DNA from: a bacterium
GTDB lineage: Bacteria; Krumholzibacteriota; Krumholzibacteriia; LZORAL124-64-63
NCBI GenBank assembly: GCA_031441465.1
Contig: JANOEP010000048.1
Location: 1-39,905 of the forward strand
Length of the DNA stretch: 39,905 nucleotides
Direction: 5' to 3'
The stretch's first letter is position 1; the number at the start of each line of letters is the position of its first letter. The position numbers were made by a program, and so were the translations under genes. Below, in pieces: positions 1-8,810 of the stretch. Below the pieces are notes generated by a model. That model ran no database searches. It worked only from the letters and a program-made list of their open reading frames with translations, and was not told the DNA's origin.

Positions 1-104
1 GCCCGGAGCGCTTGGCCTTCCGGCTCCTCCGCCATCCTGGCTGCGGAGCCTCCAGGACACCCCTGTCACGCTCGTCTCGATGGGGCGCAGGCGGGTATTG
101 CGGG

Positions 105-144
105 TTGACTCGCGACGGTCTGGGCTATACTGTGCATATGCACA
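105..144 (+). promoter_or_regulatory. Putative sigma70 promoter with an overlapping 14-bp palindromic operator upstream of the DUF134 gene
   Basis: TTGACT (105-110), 17 nt spacer, TACTGT (128-133); perfect palindrome TGTGCATATGCACA at 131-144; RBS GAGGAGG follows. Confidence 0.55.
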
Positions 145-159
145 CTACGAGGAGGACGC

Positions 160-450
160 GTGCCTAGGCCCTGCAAGCAACGCTGCTGCCGCCGCTACGA
201 CGCCGACCGGGTCTACAAGCCCCGGGGCGTCCCCATGGGAGAGTTGAACACGACGCGGCTGGCGCTGGACCAGTTCGAAGCGCTGCGGCTGTGCGACCTG
301 GAGGGCCTGGACCAGCAGGCGGCGGGCGCGCGGATGGGCGTGTCGCGGGGCACCGTCCAGAGGCTTCTGAAGAGCGCGAGAAGGGAACTGATCGCGGCGA
401 TCCTGCGCGGCGACGCCCTGCTGATCGCGCTCGCAACCCGGGAGGATTGA
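160..450 (+). CDS. DUF134 domain-containing putative DNA-binding protein (96 aa)
   Basis: MPRPCKQR N-terminus, YKPRGVP, EALRLCDLEGLDQQAAGARMGVSRGTVQRLL (HTH-like); GTG start with a strong RBS. Confidence 0.9.
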   Translation: MPRPCKQRCCRRYDADRVYKPRGVPMGELNTTRLALDQFEALRLCDLEGLDQQAAGARMGVSRGTVQRLLKSARRELIAAILRGDALLIALATRED

Positions 451-451
451 C

Positions 452-835
452 ATGAGGGTCTGCATCCCCACCAACGAGGGCACCGGCCTCGCCGACACGC
501 TGTGCGGCCACTTCGGCTCGGCGCCCTGGTTCACCCTGTGCGACAGCGAGAGCGGCGAGGTGGAGGTGCTGCGCAACACCAACGCCCACCACTCCCACGG
601 CACCTGCCACCCGCTTAGCCAGCTCGACGGGCAGAAGTTCGACGCCCTGGTGTGCTTGGGCATGGGGCGGCGAGCCCTGGATATGTTGAACGCCCAGGGC
701 ATCAAGGTCTACCATCCGGCGTCCACCGTAGTCGGCGAGGTGCTGGCGGAGATCCGGGCGGGATCCCTGAACGAACTCGACGCCGCCCACGCCTGCGGCG
801 GGCACGGCCACGGTCACCGCTCGCACGACGCCTGA
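452..835 (+). CDS. NifB/NifX family (dinitrogenase FeMo-cofactor biosynthesis domain) protein (127 aa)
   Basis: MRVCIP start, HFGSAPWF motif, GMGRRA, GIKVY; His/Cys-rich segments; starts 1 nt after the DUF134 stop. Confidence 0.85.
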   Translation: MRVCIPTNEGTGLADTLCGHFGSAPWFTLCDSESGEVEVLRNTNAHHSHGTCHPLSQLDGQKFDALVCLGMGRRALDMLNAQGIKVYHPASTVVGEVLAEIRAGSLNELDAAHACGGHGHGHRSHDA

Positions 836-865
836 CCGACGGGCGTCGCCGGATCCCCATGGAAG

Positions 866-897
866 AAGCCCGGCGCGTCCGCTGACGCGCCGGGCTT
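866..897. terminator. Likely bidirectional intrinsic terminator hairpin between convergent genes
   Basis: Perfect 14-bp stem AAGCCCGGCGCGTC / GACGCGCCGGGCTT with a 4-nt loop. Confidence 0.7.
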
Positions 898-925
898 GTG
901 CTTGTCGAGCGCGTCGCCGCGCCCC

Positions 926-3900
926 CTAGTTCGCCAGCACCGCCCCGCTCATCCCGGGCAGCGTGACCGTGACGTCGCCCTGGCCGAGGTCCAGGGTGCG
1001 GCCGCTGGTCAGCGTGCCCCCCTCGACGCTCGGGAACCAGTCCGGCCCGGCCACGACCTTGTAGACCGTGCTGCCGCCGACGGGCAACGCCGCGCCCAGC
1101 TGCGCCGCGGTCAGGGTCAGGGTGACCGGCTGCGCGCCGTTGTTCAGCAGGACGACCGCGCCCTTGGTGCCGAGCCGGCGGGCGAAGGCGTAGAGCGGTC
1201 CCTCGGCGGCGAGGGTCGCGAACTCGCCGCGCGCCAGCATCTGGTGGTCGCGGCGGAAGCGCGTGATCGTGCCGTAGTAGTCGCGCAGCTTCGCCTTGCG
1301 CGGGTCGTTCTCGTAGCGCCAGTCGAAGGGGCGGCGGCAGTCGGGGTCCTTGTCCCCCTCCATGCCGATCTCGTCGCCGTACCAGATGTGCGGCATGCCC
1401 ACGTAGGTCATCGCGAACATCGCGGCCAGCATCTGGCGGCGGACGTCCTTGCTGGTGGTCAGGTAGCGCACGGTGTCGTGGCTGTCGATGAGGTTCATCA
1501 TCGTCTGCACCGACTGCGGCGGGTAGACGAAGCGGCCCGGGGACAGCCGCTGGTCGAAGGTCGCGGCGTCGATGCGGCCCTGGCCGAAGAACTCCATCAC
1601 CGGGTCGCGGAAGTACTTGTAGTTCATCGTGGCGTCGAAGCAGTGCGGCCCGATCCAGCTGCCGGCGTTGCCCCAGATCTCGCCCACCAGCCAGCTGTCC
1701 GGCTTGACCCGCTTGCAGGCGGCGTTGAACTCCTCCCAGAACCAGAACGGCACCTCGTTGGGCACGTCCAGGCGGAAGCCGTCGATGTCCAGGTCGCCCA
1801 GCCAGTACTGCGCAACGCTGAGCACGTAGTCGACCAGCGGCTGGTTGACCTGGGCCTGCGCGCGGTCGCTCACGGCGTTCTCGGCGCTGTTGGGGCGCGA
1901 GAGGTCCCAGTTCAGGTTCGGGTGCAGCCCGAAACCCCACCAGCAGTCGTAGTAGTCGGCCGCCGTGAAGTCGCGCGAGGCCGGCAGCGGCCAGCGCTTG
2001 AACTCGTACCAGTTCCAGTACTGCGAATCCTTGCCCTTCTCGACCGCGTCGCGGAAGGCGAAGTGCCAGTTGCCGGTGTGGTTGAAGGCCATGTCCACCA
2101 CGATGCGGATGCCGCGGGCGTGCGCGTCCTGCACGAAGGCCTTGAAGCCCGGCTCGTCGGCGAAGTGCGGGTCGACCGTGTTGTAGTCCACTGGGTCGTA
2201 CTTGTGGTTGCTCATCGCCTGGTTCAGCGGGTTGAAGTAGATCACCGTCACGCCCAGGTCCTGCAGGTAGTCCAGCTTCTCGCGCACGCCGGCGATGTCG
2301 CCGCCGTAGAACGAGTAGTAGTCGGGCTTGCCGTCGGTGCGGTAGGGGCTGCGCACCAGGCCCGCGACGTCGTACCAGTCGTCGACCAGGTGGAAGTACT
2401 CGCCGTTGGTGGTGCCCGCGGCGGGCAGCTTGTTGACCCCCTGGTACCAGGCCTCCGAGAAGTCGGGATCGTTGGCGGGGTCGCCGTTGCGGAAGCGGTC
2501 GGCGAAGATCTGGTAGATCACGCCGTCCTTGGCCCAGTCCGGCGTCAGGAACGGCGGGTGCTCGGCGCGGGTGTAGCGGAAGGCCGCTGCGGGCCGCTCC
2601 GGCGACGGGCCCGCGGCGCCGAGCCAGGCCTGCGCCGCCCCGTCGGCGTAGCGCACGGCGTACTCCAGGACGGAGTCCGCCCCGGGAAGCGTGACGCGCG
2701 CGCGGTAGTACTGGTAGGCGGGGTCGCGCTCGGCCGCGGTCATCGGCGCGGTCCGCCAGTCGCCGCCGTCGACGCGGTACGACAGCTCGACGCCCTCGAC
2801 GTCGTTCAGGTGCGCGCGGGCGGTCAGCTCGATCTCGGTCGGGGTCAGGGGGTTGCAGGTCGAGTAATCGAAGATCGGCTCGAGGTCGTCGGTGTAGACC
2901 TTGCCGTCGCCGCGGGCGATGGCCACGGCCGAGAAGCTGTCGTCCACCTCAAGCACCGAGTTCTGGCCGCCGAAGCCGTCGTCGCGACCCTCGGGGTTGG
3001 ACGGATCCTGCTTCCACTGGCCGTCCACCACGAACTTGTACTGGTAGCTGCCGGGCTGCAGCAGCAGCGAGGTCTCCCAGACGCCGTCGCCGTCGGCGTC
3101 GGCCAGGCGCTGCTTGCTGTCGTTCCAGTCGTTGAAGGTGCCGGCCAGGAACACGTCCTTGGCGGACTTACCCGCCGCGTACTTGAACGGCACGGTGCGG
3201 GTGCCCGTGGCGGCGCGCGCGGCGGCCGTTTCCGCCGCCTTGAGGGGCGCCGCGCCCGCTTTGACCGCGACCAGGGAGTTGTTGCCGCCGAAGCCGTCGG
3301 ACTCGACCGCGGCGTTGCCCGGGTCCTGCTGCCAGTTGCCGTCGACCACGTACTTGTACTGGTGGTTGCCCGGGGCCAGGGGGACCACGACGCTGTAGGT
3401 GCCGTCGTTCTCGGGATCGGTCAGGCGCAGGGCCGAATCGCTCCAGCCGTTGAACGAGCCCGCCAGGAACACGTTCTGCACGCCCGAGATGACCGGCGTG
3501 TAGGTGAAGGTCACCTCGACCGGGGCGCCGCCCGCGGCGGGAGCGGCGGGAGCGGGGGCCGGTGTGACGGCGAGTGCCGGTGTGACGGCAGGGGCCGGCG
3601 CCACGGCGGCGCCGCCCGCGCCCACGGTGATCACGGAGTTCTTGCCGCCGAAGCCGTCGTCGACGCTCTCGGGATTCGCCGGGTCCTGCTTCCAGTTCCC
3701 GTCGACCACGAACTTGTACAGGTAGCGGCCGGGCTCCAGGGCCAGCTCGGTGGTGTAGACGCCGTCGCCGTCGGGATCGGTCATGCCCTGGCCGGTGGGA
3801 TTCCAACCGTTGAACTCGCCGGCCAGGAAGCACCCGCCCACCTCGCCGCCCGCATCGAAGGCGAAGCGCGCCTTGCCGCCGGCGCCGACGGCGGGGGCGG

Positions 3901-4636
3901 CGGGAGCGACGGCGGCGGCGGCCGGCTTCGCGGCCGCGGCGCCCGCCCCGACGGTGACCACGGAATTCTGTCCGCCGAAGCCGTCCTCGGCCGACTCGGC
4001 GGCGGCGGGATCCGCGAGCCAGTTCCCGTCGACGACGAACTTGTACATGTAGCGGCCCGGGGCCAGCGCCAGCGCCTTGGTGTGGACGCCGTCGCCGTCG
4101 GGATCCTCCATGCGGTCGGAGGTCGGGTTCCAGCCGTTGAACTCGCCCGCGAGGAAGCAGGCGGCGCCCTTGCCCGCGTTGTGGGAGAACAGGGTCGCGC
4201 CCGCCGGCGCTGCCGTCGGCGCCACGGAGACGGCCACCGCCGCCTTCGTGACCACCGCGCCGGCCGGCGCCTCGCCGCCACCCGCGGTCAGTTTGGCGGT
4301 CCCGGCCGGCACGACCACGACCGAGTTCTGCCCGCCGTAGCCGTCGTCCTTGCCCACGGGGTTGGCCGGGTCCTGACGCCAGGCGCCGTCGACCACGAAC
4401 TTGTACTCGTAGGTCCCCTCGTCCAGGGGCACGACGACGGCCCACACGCCGCCGCCGGTGTCCTTCAGGGCCAGATCGAAGGCCTTCCAACCGTTGAAGC
4501 TGCCGGCCAGGGTGACCTCCTTGGCGCCGGGGGCGCGGTGGACGAAGGTCACGTCGGCGGCGGGCAGCGAACCGGCCGCCAGGACGATGCCGATCAGCAG
4601 GACAATGAGCGACGACAGCACTGGACGATGGCGCAT
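926..4636 (-). CDS. Secreted multidomain GH13 alpha-glucan hydrolase (neopullulanase/cyclomaltodextrinase/amylopullulanase-like) with five N-terminal CBM48-like modules (about 1236 aa)
   Basis: Signal-peptide-like MRHRPVLSSLIVLLIGIVLAAG; five LAGxFNxW...YKFVVDGxW...DGFGGxNS modules; GH13 regions DMAFNH, GFRLDVP, GEIW, DSHD; TPDWAKDGVIYQIFADRF and WYGDEIGM. Start moved to ATG 4636, which has a GGGAG RBS. Confidence 0.9.
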   Translation of the reverse strand: MRHRPVLSSLIVLLIGIVLAAGSLPAADVTFVHRAPGAKEVTLAGSFNGWKAFDLALKDTGGGVWAVVVPLDEGTYEYKFVVDGAWRQDPANPVGKDDGYGGQNSVVVVPAGTAKLTAGGGEAPAGAVVTKAAVAVSVAPTAAPAGATLFSHNAGKGAACFLAGEFNGWNPTSDRMEDPDGDGVHTKALALAPGRYMYKFVVDGNWLADPAAAESAEDGFGGQNSVVTVGAGAAAAKPAAAAVAPAAPAVGAGGKARFAFDAGGEVGGCFLAGEFNGWNPTGQGMTDPDGDGVYTTELALEPGRYLYKFVVDGNWKQDPANPESVDDGFGGKNSVITVGAGGAAVAPAPAVTPALAVTPAPAPAAPAAGGAPVEVTFTYTPVISGVQNVFLAGSFNGWSDSALRLTDPENDGTYSVVVPLAPGNHQYKYVVDGNWQQDPGNAAVESDGFGGNNSLVAVKAGAAPLKAAETAAARAATGTRTVPFKYAAGKSAKDVFLAGTFNDWNDSKQRLADADGDGVWETSLLLQPGSYQYKFVVDGQWKQDPSNPEGRDDGFGGQNSVLEVDDSFSAVAIARGDGKVYTDDLEPIFDYSTCNPLTPTEIELTARAHLNDVEGVELSYRVDGGDWRTAPMTAAERDPAYQYYRARVTLPGADSVLEYAVRYADGAAQAWLGAAGPSPERPAAAFRYTRAEHPPFLTPDWAKDGVIYQIFADRFRNGDPANDPDFSEAWYQGVNKLPAAGTTNGEYFHLVDDWYDVAGLVRSPYRTDGKPDYYSFYGGDIAGVREKLDYLQDLGVTVIYFNPLNQAMSNHKYDPVDYNTVDPHFADEPGFKAFVQDAHARGIRIVVDMAFNHTGNWHFAFRDAVEKGKDSQYWNWYEFKRWPLPASRDFTAADYYDCWWGFGLHPNLNWDLSRPNSAENAVSDRAQAQVNQPLVDYVLSVAQYWLGDLDIDGFRLDVPNEVPFWFWEEFNAACKRVKPDSWLVGEIWGNAGSWIGPHCFDATMNYKYFRDPVMEFFGQGRIDAATFDQRLSPGRFVYPPQSVQTMMNLIDSHDTVRYLTTSKDVRRQMLAAMFAMTYVGMPHIWYGDEIGMEGDKDPDCRRPFDWRYENDPRKAKLRDYYGTITRFRRDHQMLARGEFATLAAEGPLYAFARRLGTKGAVVLLNNGAQPVTLTLTAAQLGAALPVGGSTVYKVVAGPDWFPSVEGGTLTSGRTLDLGQGDVTVTLPGMSGAVLAN
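2945..4555 (-). repeat. Five tandem intragenic repeats of about 80 aa (CBM48/AMPK-beta glycogen-binding-like) separated by Ala/Pro-rich linkers
   Basis: Recurring DNA such as gaccacgaacttgtac, ccgccgaagccgtc and ccgttgaa, and recurring protein motifs; boundaries approximate. Confidence 0.85.
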
Positions 4637-4719
4637 GATGATCTCCCGGTTGGCGGCGCAGGCGCGCGACGGGGGTCTCCCCCGCCTGGCGATCACGCCG
4701 GAAATGGTCCAAGACATGG

Positions 4720-4805
4720 AGAGTAACACGCGCTGCAGCGGCGTCAAGGGGGCCCGTCGGCCCGGTCGGAGGCGGCTGGGATCCCATCGGTATTTGTGTT
4801 ATCAT
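4720..4805. promoter_or_regulatory. Divergent promoter region for the two GH13 genes
   Basis: Minus strand: TTGACG (4747-4742), 16 nt spacer, TACTCT (4725-4720) with an extended-10 TG. Plus strand: TGtTATCAT (4797-4805). Palindrome TGGGATCCCA at 4777-4786 lies between them. Confidence 0.45.
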
Positions 4806-4838
4806 TAGATGAACTTCGACCCACCCGACGGGAGTCCC

Positions 4839-6719
4839 ATGAACGCGCTGCGGTCCCTGCTGATTTCGTCCGCCTTGCTCGCGACGGCTGCCCTGATGCA
4901 CGGCTGCACGGCCGATCGTCCCGTGGCCCCGGCAGGCGCCGAGGAGGCTGCCACGATCACGACCGCCGCGATGGTCCAGGTCCAACCCGACAGCTTTGTT
5001 CTGCGCGTCTACGCCGCCGATTCGGTCCACCTCGCCGGCGCCTTCAACAGCTGGGCCACCCAGAACCCGGCCTACGCCTTCGTCCCCGACGGCGACGGCC
5101 GCACCTGGCGCTACGGCACCGACCTGCCGGCGGGCGTCCAGGCCTACAAGTTCGTCCTGCGCAGGGGCGGCGTGGTCACCTGGCTGACCGATCCCATGGC
5201 CGCCGAAGTCCAGAGCGGCGGCGATCCCGCACAGGCCAACGCCCTTTACGGGCGGACCCTGCCGTCGATCCGCGACCTGCCGGCGCCGGTCGACCGCACC
5301 AAGCTCGTCATCTACGAGATCGCACCGAACGACTTTTCCGCCGCCGGCTCCTTCTCCGGGATCATCAGCGGCCTGGACACGGGCGCGAACCTGGTCGACC
5401 TGGGCGTCAACGCGATCGAACTGATGCCCGTCAACGCCCCCTCCTACAACGGCTGGGGCTACGACCCGGTGCTGTACGCCGCGCCCAACCCCGCCTACGG
5501 CTCGCCCTACTTCTTCGCCCTGCTGGTGGATCGCTGCCACGAGCGAGGCATGGCCGTCATCCTGGACGTCGTGCTGAACCACCAGGCCGGCGGCGGCGTG
5601 CTGCGCCAGCTGGACACCTTCGCCGGCAGCTACCACTTCACCACGACCGAGTCGAACCCCTGGGGCATGGTCGAGCTGAACTGGAGCGATCCCGCCCTGA
5701 AGGCCCACGTCCGCGACGCGATGCTGCACTGGGTCGACACCTACAAGGTGGACGGCTTCCGCTTCGACTACGTGGCCGGCGAGGGCTGGGCCACCTGGGA
5801 GTACCTGCGCGACGAGCTGCGCGCCGCGCGCCCGGACCTGCTGCTGATCGGCGAGGACTTCCGCTACCCCAACGAGGGCAACGCCGTCACCCACGGCTAC
5901 GACGCCCAGTGGGGCGGCAACCACACCGACGGCTGGGGCGGCGGCGGCAACAATTTCCTGCAGGTGATGACGACCAACCTGACGCAGAACGGCTTCGCCT
6001 GGCGCGGCTCGACCGCGACCAGCCTAGGCTGCTGGAGCTTCGGCTGCCGCAACATGTGGGCCACGGCCAACGTGATCGGCGCCAACAGCCAGTACAACGG
6101 CACCAACGGCGACGGCTTCAGCGACGTGAAGTCCCTCGAGACGCACGACGAGAACCGCATCGCCTGGGCCGTGGACGCCTACGGCTCGGCCGACGCGCAG
6201 GCGGTCGGCGGCCGCCAGAAGTCGGAGTTGGGCGCCTTCGCCCTGCTGACCAGCGTCGGGATCCCGATGCTCTACAACGGCCAGGAGATCGGCTGCGACG
6301 AGTTCCGCCCGAGCGACCCGACCACCTTCAAGATCGACTGGGCCGGCGGCGACCAGGACCTGCGCGACGTCTACCGCAACCTGATCCGGCTGCGGCGCGA
6401 CGAGGCCGCCCTGGCGTCGGAGCGTACCTGGTTCACCTGGCGCGCCGCCGACGCCGACCACGTCGACCGCACACTCTGCTACTGGCGCGGCGGGGCCGTG
6501 TCGTCGCAGGCCGAGATCGTCGTGGCCTTGAACTTCGACCACAACGCCCACACCTGGCCGGTGGCCTTCCCCGCGAACGGGACCTGGCACCGGTACCATC
6601 CTGAGAACGGGGCCTGGGAGGCGGTCGAGATCACGGGGAACCAGCTCGTCATCGCGCAGCCGGCCTCTTCGGGCGCACTCTGGCGCAAGGCCGACGGGAC
6701 CACCGGCGTACCAGACTGA
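4839..6719 (+). CDS. Putative lipoprotein: CBM48-like module + GH13 catalytic domain (trehalohydrolase/branching-enzyme-like alpha-amylase family, about 626 aa)
   Basis: Hydrophobic signal ending LMHG-C (lipobox-like); VHLAGAFNSW...YKF module; IYE, WGYDP, DVVLNH, DGFRFD, IGED, THDE, GIPMLYNGQEIG; GGGAG RBS before ATG 4839. Confidence 0.85.
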   Translation: MNALRSLLISSALLATAALMHGCTADRPVAPAGAEEAATITTAAMVQVQPDSFVLRVYAADSVHLAGAFNSWATQNPAYAFVPDGDGRTWRYGTDLPAGVQAYKFVLRRGGVVTWLTDPMAAEVQSGGDPAQANALYGRTLPSIRDLPAPVDRTKLVIYEIAPNDFSAAGSFSGIISGLDTGANLVDLGVNAIELMPVNAPSYNGWGYDPVLYAAPNPAYGSPYFFALLVDRCHERGMAVILDVVLNHQAGGGVLRQLDTFAGSYHFTTTESNPWGMVELNWSDPALKAHVRDAMLHWVDTYKVDGFRFDYVAGEGWATWEYLRDELRAARPDLLLIGEDFRYPNEGNAVTHGYDAQWGGNHTDGWGGGGNNFLQVMTTNLTQNGFAWRGSTATSLGCWSFGCRNMWATANVIGANSQYNGTNGDGFSDVKSLETHDENRIAWAVDAYGSADAQAVGGRQKSELGAFALLTSVGIPMLYNGQEIGCDEFRPSDPTTFKIDWAGGDQDLRDVYRNLIRLRRDEAALASERTWFTWRAADADHVDRTLCYWRGGAVSSQAEIVVALNFDHNAHTWPVAFPANGTWHRYHPENGAWEAVEITGNQLVIAQPASSGALWRKADGTTGVPD

Positions 6720-6736
6720 AAGGGATTCCGCTCTTC

Positions 6737-6769
6737 GGGCGGTACGACCCCGGCGGGGCCGTACCGCTC
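6737..6769 (+). terminator. GC-rich hairpin downstream of the GH13 lipoprotein gene
   Basis: GGGCGGTACGACCCC / GGGGCCGTACCGCTC, 15-bp stem with one mismatch and one G-U pair; no U-tract. Confidence 0.45.
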
Positions 6770-6895
6770 TGCATGTGTGTCCGACATACTCGTCACGAGG
6801 CCTCATCGCGAACCCGGCCTGATCGAAACGTTGGCCGCTGCCGCATCCGAGATGTGCGTCGTCCGGAATCATTTTATCATTGCGAGAATTATCGG

Positions 6896-6947
6896 TTGAT
6901 TTGGGCCCATCAGATGGAATAGTATGCGTTTGTTAATATATTAACGT
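6896..6947 (+). promoter_or_regulatory. Putative sigma70 promoter and Rex-like operator of the hdr/mvh operon
   Basis: TTGATT (6896-6901), 18 nt spacer, TAGTAT (6920-6925); TTGTTAATATATTAACGT (6930-6947) contains the perfect palindrome GTTAATATATTAAC; AT-rich island in a GC-rich genome. Confidence 0.6.
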
Positions 6948-6971
6948 CTCTCTGTGCGAGAGGGGGACTCC

Positions 6972-8792
6972 ATGGAATGTGATCCCCGCACCGCGGTCTA
7001 CCTGTGCCAGCGCGGAACCGGGCCGTCCGTGACCCTCGACCGGGCCGAAATCGTCCGCTACGCGTCCGGACTTCCCGGCGTCGTCCACGTCCGGGACCAC
7101 GGACTGCAGCCGAAGCTCGACCCCGCACTAGTGGCGGTAGAATTGCGCGCCCTGCGCATCGGTCGCATCGTCATCGCCGGCGACTCACCCGGGTACTTCA
7201 AGCCGGCCTTCACCTGCGCCCTGGCCGAGGCGGGTGGCGATCCCGACGAGGTCCACCTCGCTTCCTTCCGCGAACACGGTGCCGGCTGGGGCGACGCGAC
7301 CGAGCGTGCGAAAGCCGTCCTCGCCTGCGCTGTGTTCGCCGTGCCCTACGGATTGGCGGCCTTGCCCGAGACGACCCGGGTCCATCCGGACACCCTGGTG
7401 ATCGGCGGCGGCGTGGCGGGCATCCAGGTGGCGCTAGAAATCGCCGAGGCGGGCAAGAAGGTCTACCTCGTCGAGAAGTTGGGCACGATCGGCGGCCACA
7501 TGGCGATGTTCGACAAGACCTTCCCCACCCTGGACTGCGCGGCGTGCATCCTGACGCCGAAGATGGTCGCCGTCAGCCAGCACGAACAGATCGAATTGAT
7601 GACCTGCGCGGACGTCGTAGCCATGTCGGGCACACCAGGTGACTACCGGGTCAGCATCCGGAAGCGGGCGCGCCTGGTGGACGCCGACGCGTGCGTGGCC
7701 TGCCACGCCTGCACGGAGGTGTGCCCGGTCAAGGTCCCGAGCGAGTTCGACAACGGCATCACAACACGCAGGGCGATCTACATGCCGTTCCCACAGGCCG
7801 TCCCCAACGCCTACCTGATCGACGGGGACGCCTGCAGCTATGTCCAGAGCGGCGGGCAGAAATGCGGAGCCTGCCTGAAGAAATGTGCGAAGGAGTGCAT
7901 CCACTTCGACATGCCTGACGAGACGGTGGAGATCGAGGTCGGCAACGTGGTCGTCGCCACGGGCTTCGACGTCTTCGACGCGCGTCGGATCGAACGCTAC
8001 GGTTACGGGGCCCTGCCGAACGTGCTCACCGCACTCGAATTCGAACGGCTCACCAACGCGTCCGGCCCGACAGGCGGCGCGATCGTGATGAAGACCGCGC
8101 GGCTCAACAAGCGCACCGGCCAGGAGGAGTGGGCGTTCGACAGCGACGGCCCGCGTCCGCGCCGGATCGCGATCATCCACTGCGTCGGCTCCCGGGACCA
8201 CAACTACAACCCTTACTGCTCTCGTGTCTGTTGCATGTACTCGCTCAAGTTCGCCCACCTGGTGAAGGAGAAACTGCCCGACGCGAGCTGCTTCGAGTTC
8301 TACATCGACATGCGCGCGTTCGGGAAGGGCTACGAGCAGTTCTTCGAGCGCGTCAAGGACGAAGGCGTATTCATCGTGCGCGGGCGTTCCGCCAAGGTCG
8401 CCATGCACGGCGACCAGATGTTCATCAAGGGCGAGGACATCCTCCACAACCGGGTGCGCGAATACCCCGTGGACATGGTGCTGCTGTCAGTCGGCCTGGA
8501 GCCGGCGGCCGACGCCGGCGCGCTGGCGGGCGTGCTCGGCATCGGGCGCGGGACGGACGGCTTCTTCAGCGAGCACGACTACAACATCGATCCCACCGGC
8601 ACCGAGCGCGGCGGCGTCTACGTGGCGGGCGTCTGCCAGGGGCCCAAGGACATCCCGGACACCGTGGCCCAGGCGTCGGCGGTGGCGGCCCGCGTACTGC
8701 GCGCCATTCTCAGCGGGCACGGCCGGAGCCATCATGCGACAGTCTCCCTCGAGACGATCGAGAACCGCGCGGCGGCGCTCGCGAACAGATAG
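6972..8792 (+). CDS. hdrA: HdrA-family FAD/Fe-S protein, paralog 1 (degenerate N-terminal Fe-S domain, inserted 2x[4Fe-4S] domain, no C-terminal ferredoxin domain; 606 aa)
   Basis: GGGVAG FAD motif, DKTFPTLDCAACILTPKM, CVACHACTEVCP / C...CGACLKKC, LEFERL, HCVGSRD...YCSRVCCMYSLK, YIDMRAFGKGYE, GVCQGPKDIPDTVAQA. Confidence 0.9.
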   Translation: MECDPRTAVYLCQRGTGPSVTLDRAEIVRYASGLPGVVHVRDHGLQPKLDPALVAVELRALRIGRIVIAGDSPGYFKPAFTCALAEAGGDPDEVHLASFREHGAGWGDATERAKAVLACAVFAVPYGLAALPETTRVHPDTLVIGGGVAGIQVALEIAEAGKKVYLVEKLGTIGGHMAMFDKTFPTLDCAACILTPKMVAVSQHEQIELMTCADVVAMSGTPGDYRVSIRKRARLVDADACVACHACTEVCPVKVPSEFDNGITTRRAIYMPFPQAVPNAYLIDGDACSYVQSGGQKCGACLKKCAKECIHFDMPDETVEIEVGNVVVATGFDVFDARRIERYGYGALPNVLTALEFERLTNASGPTGGAIVMKTARLNKRTGQEEWAFDSDGPRPRRIAIIHCVGSRDHNYNPYCSRVCCMYSLKFAHLVKEKLPDASCFEFYIDMRAFGKGYEQFFERVKDEGVFIVRGRSAKVAMHGDQMFIKGEDILHNRVREYPVDMVLLSVGLEPAADAGALAGVLGIGRGTDGFFSEHDYNIDPTGTERGGVYVAGVCQGPKDIPDTVAQASAVAARVLRAILSGHGRSHHATVSLETIENRAAALANR

Positions 8793-8810
8793 CAGAGGAG
8801 GACAACCACG

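Noticed and set aside
452..835. Nitrogen fixation gene
   Set aside because: The NifB/NifX domain family is widespread outside diazotrophs, and no nifHDK genes are present.
896..4726. Very long plus-strand ORF (1276 aa) and similar long antisense or alternate-frame ORFs (3168-5924, 15515-18901, 16119-18803, 24628-26748, 32651-34213)
   Set aside because: These are shadow ORFs of high-GC coding regions. They are Arg/Gly/Ala/Val-rich, have no motifs, and overlap well-supported genes.
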